A DNA stretch of 64,000 nt from a virus. Each line of letters begins with the position of its first letter. The first letter of the stretch is position 1. The stretch lies in the IMG/VR virus record IMGVR_UViG_3300042564_003366, positions 1 through 64,000 of that record. The stretch is one strand, 5' to 3'. Under the pieces are notes generated by a model that ran no database searches, was not told the DNA's origin, and saw nothing but the letters and a program-made list of their open reading frames with translations. Below are positions 61,306 to 64,000 of this stretch, piece by piece. Both the position numbers and the translations under genes were made by a program.

Positions 61306-64000
61306 ATGAGTTTAGATAAAGGATTTAGTCCAGAATTGTTAAAAAAATTAACAGAAAAACATTTTAATGAATCATCTGAAAATGTTATAGGTGTATTATA
61401 TGGTTACAAACAAAAATCAAATGTTCTTACTGATAATTTGAGTTTGGTTTTCTTTGTCAAAGAAAAAAAACCAATATCTGAAATACCTGAATCTGAATTA
61501 ATTCCAAAAGAAATTAATTTTAATGGACAGACATTCATAACTGATGTTCAAGAATCCAACTATGAATTATTATCTTGTTTATCTGATAACTTTAATTGTG
61601 ATAATTTAAATGTACCTAATAGGGGTCAAATATTACCTTTAGAGGGGGGTATATCAATATCAAACTCTATACAAGCACTTGCCCCAGGCACTGGCACAAT
61701 GGGTTTATTAGCCATTGATTTGGATAGTTATTCATTGGTTGGGATATCAAATAACCACGTTTTAGTTGGTGATTCAGCATTCTATACAAAATATAGAAAT
61801 ACAAATGCTATCGCTACAAATATTTTCGGAAACGAGATTGTTCAACCTGGTTATGCGGATAGAGCACCAAGAGATGTTATAGGTGTAGTTAAGAAATACG
61901 ATCCAATTAGACCATATCCAGAATTAAATTATTCAGACTCAGCAGCGTTAGCAATAGATGACCCCTCAATAATTGATTTTGTTCGTTCATTTAAGCAATA
62001 TGATTTAAATTCATTATCTGGACCATTTGAATTTGCAACAACAGAAGAGATTGATAGATTATTATCAATTGATTATAATACGGCAAAGATATATAGTACT
62101 GGTAGAAGTACGGGTTCAAAGGGGGAAAATGGCGAGATGCAACTTAGAATTGCTGGTTTATTTGGTAATGTTTTAGTTAATTTTCCAAATCAACTAACAA
62201 ATGTCCCAATAGTATTGGCTGACAACATATTTTTCTATGGTATGTCAGATAATGGGACAATATGTGATTATAGTGTTTGTAAAGGTGATTCTGGATCAGC
62301 ATTAGTTGCAGAAATAAATGGTAAATACAAAATAATTGGTATAGTTTGGGGAGGGGATTCAAGCCCAGGTGGTTATGGTATTGCAAGTAGAATAGATAGA
62401 ATTGCATCAGCATTAAATATTGGTCCTTGGTTGGGTCAAACAGATGTTAATTTTTCAGATACTAGTAAAATTGAATTAAAAATTGTTGAAGGTATTAATG
62501 ATATTAAAACAATAAATTCAGAAGGTAAAACTTTTTGGCAAATTGGTGCTTATACCCCAATAACTTTTGATTTATTTGATGAATATGCGGGAGACAGACC
62601 AAATGATATCCCAGATTATGTTGATTTTGTATCAATTAGACAAGATGTTGTTGATTTTTTATTTTTACAGAAGTTTGAAAAATTAAATCTTAATGTCCCA
62701 TTTGAGGGGTCAACACTTACTTTGAATTTAAATGCACAAAGTTTTTATAGCAATGAACCATTTAAGACATCAAGTGGGTTAATATTAGAACAAACATCTA
62801 TTTCATATATTGGGGAGATTGATGGTTATTTAAATTCTAATGCTTTAGTATTAATAACAAATAGTAATGTTAAAATACTAGCAACATATGAGAATCATTC
62901 AGTAGTGTTTGAAAATTATGAAAGTAATTTATATAGTACTTGGGATTCTTTTGATGTGCAATCAACTAAGGGTTTTTTATTAGGTGGTTGTGTAATGCTA
63001 ACCCCCGAAGAGGGGGAATTTCAAGTATTAGAAAAAATAACAAATGAATTTAGTACAAATCAATTAACCGAAAAAGTAGTAACAGTACAATTACATACCC
63101 ACTATAATTTATATCAACAAGCTGGGGGTAATGTAGGTGTAGTACAAAGTTATTTAGATTGGTTAACTTTAAATGTTGGAAGAATAATACAAAAAGAATT
63201 TTCTGGTATTTTCAGATTAGAATTCTCATTTATTATTTGGAATACTCCATCACCATTTAGACCATACCTATATAGTGGTTCATTTGCATTTCAAGATTAT
63301 ATAGGTGCGCAACCAAACACACATTGTTTGTATCATTTATTAGTTGAAAATACGACAGATGGTGGGTCTGGCGGTGTTGCTTACGTTTCAGCACTTTGTA
63401 AACCTAACAAGGAAAGAACAGGTGCCTCAGGAGTAATTGATTTAAGTAGTAGGGTGGATTATCCCAATTATGACTGGGGGGTTAATGTTGTTGCGCATGA
63501 ATTAGGACATAATTTAGGAACAATACATACACATGATTGCGTATGGAATGGTAATAATACAGCCATAGATGGTTGTTATCCACCAAATTGTTCTGCATTA
63601 GAGCAGTATCCAGCAAATAAGGGTACTATTATGTCATATTGCCACACAATAGGTGGTGTGGGTGTTGATTTAAATTTAGGATATGGCCCGCAACCAAGAC
63701 AAGCAATAATTAATCATATTACAGCTGCAAATAATGCTGGCTGTTGCTTTAGTGAGCCACAAGTTACAAGAACGCCAACACCAACAATATCAGTTACAAA
63801 GTCAATTACACCAACTATATCAAAAACACCAAGACCAACACAATCAAGTGTTGTATGTCCTCCGCCTTTCTGTCCTATGATTGGACCATATAGTTACCCA
63901 ACATATCCTGATTATAAAATGTATGATATTACATCTAATTTAGGTTATGTTTTTTTAGATTCTGTTATACCAGGTAATGTTGCTAGATTTATAGTGAACT
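61306..64000 (+). CDS. Dual protease (3'-truncated): trypsin-like Nal1-type serine protease plus reprolysin-like (M12B) zinc metalloprotease, then TPT linker
   Basis: Translated by hand in frame 1 (MSLDKGFSPELL...), no stop before the window end. SNNHVL (His 61756), YSDSA (Asp 61936), KGDSGS (Ser 62290); HELGHNLGTIH (63496-63528) and Met-turn GTIMSYCH (63631). Absent from the ORF track. One printed block in line 63241 looks 9 nt long; the line numbering implies the frame is kept. Confidence 0.82.
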   Translation, partial: MSLDKGFSPELLKKLTEKHFNESSENVIGVLYGYKQKSNVLTDNLSLVFFVKEKKPISEIPESELIPKEINFNGQTFITDVQESNYELLSCLSDNFNCDNLNVPNRGQILPLEGGISISNSIQALAPGTGTMGLLAIDLDSYSLVGISNNHVLVGDSAFYTKYRNTNAIATNIFGNEIVQPGYADRAPRDVIGVVKKYDPIRPYPELNYSDSAALAIDDPSIIDFVRSFKQYDLNSLSGPFEFATTEEIDRLLSIDYNTAKIYSTGRSTGSKGENGEMQLRIAGLFGNVLVNFPNQLTNVPIVLADNIFFYGMSDNGTICDYSVCKGDSGSALVAEINGKYKIIGIVWGGDSSPGGYGIASRIDRIASALNIGPWLGQTDVNFSDTSKIELKIVEGINDIKTINSEGKTFWQIGAYTPITFDLFDEYAGDRPNDIPDYVDFVSIRQDVVDFLFLQKFEKLNLNVPFEGSTLTLNLNAQSFYSNEPFKTSSGLILEQTSISYIGEIDGYLNSNALVLITNSNVKILATYENHSVVFENYESNLYSTWDSFDVQSTKGFLLGGCVMLTPEEGEFQVLEKITNEFSTNQLTEKVVTVQLHTHYNLYQQAGGNVGVVQSYLDWLTLNVGRIIQKEFSGIFRLEFSFIIWNTPSPFRPYLYSGSFAFQDYIGAQPNTHCLYHLLVENTTDGGSGGVAYVSALCKPNKERTGASGVIDLSSRVDYPNYDWGVNVVAHELGHNLGTIHTHDCVWNGNNTAIDGCYPPNCSALEQYPANKGTIMSYCHTIGGVGVDLNLGYGPQPRQAIINHITAANNAGCCFSEPQVTRTPTPTISVTKSITPTISKTPRPTQSSVVCPPPFCPMIGPYSYPTYPDYKMYDITSNLGYVFLDSVIPGNVARFIVN

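Noticed and set aside
63241-63300. Frameshift or pseudogene in the dual-protease ORF
   Set aside because: One printed block appears to have 9 nt, but line numbering implies 60 nt and the downstream motifs stay in frame 1. Treated as a display or reading artefact pending a check.
1-64000. Stop-codon reassignment as in some large phages
   Set aside because: The standard code gives long, tightly packed genes, and TAA, TAG (e.g. 8695, 17270) and TGA (e.g. 24736, 34880) all end genes at sensible boundaries.
1-64000. Eukaryotic giant virus, or a bacterial contractile injection system locus
   Set aside because: Collagen and glycosylation genes suggest giant viruses, but gp25/gp6-like baseplate genes together with gp32-like SSB, UvsX, DnaB-like helicase and coupled operons indicate a tailed bacteriophage.
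1-64000. tRNA, rRNA, IS elements or integrase
   Set aside because: Intergenic gaps are short and AT-rich with no cloverleaf seen, and no transposase or integrase motifs appear in the ORFs.

Overview
This AT-rich, densely coding, almost entirely + strand window looks like part of a large (jumbo-type) contractile-tailed dsDNA phage genome. The host is probably Bacteroidota (inference from the lack of Shine-Dalgarno motifs, a Flavobacterium-like class Id RNR, SprB repeats and a flavobacterial-type M12B protease). Layout: (1) 1-9.7 kb tail/baseplate-hub genes; (2) 9.8-17.3 kb terminator-bounded replication island (gp32-like SSB, RecA/UvsX, 5'-3' exonuclease, DnaB-like helicase, nrdB, nrdA); (3) 17.7-35.4 kb baseplate wedge (gp25-, gp6-, gp7/P2-I-like) and large structural genes; (4) 35.4-64 kb the most unusual part. 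There, surface proteins full of modifiable Ser/Thr/Pro (a Gly-Thr-Ser/Gly-Pro-Pro collagen-like fibre and mucin-like TPTITPT proteins) are interleaved with four 2OG-Fe(II) oxygenases, a sulfotransferase, a GT9-like enzyme and a GT4/TibC-like protein glycosyltransferase. The same region holds four paralogous six-bladed Kelch-like propellers with variable loops, a cleavage-only Hint domain, and an ORF missing from the track (61306 to window end) that fuses a trypsin-like serine protease to a metzincin. I interpret this as a candidate phage virion-decoration ('glycocalyx') system. A TATTTATA motif sits mostly 15-16 nt upstream of structural gene starts. All family calls come from motifs read by eye; no searches were run.
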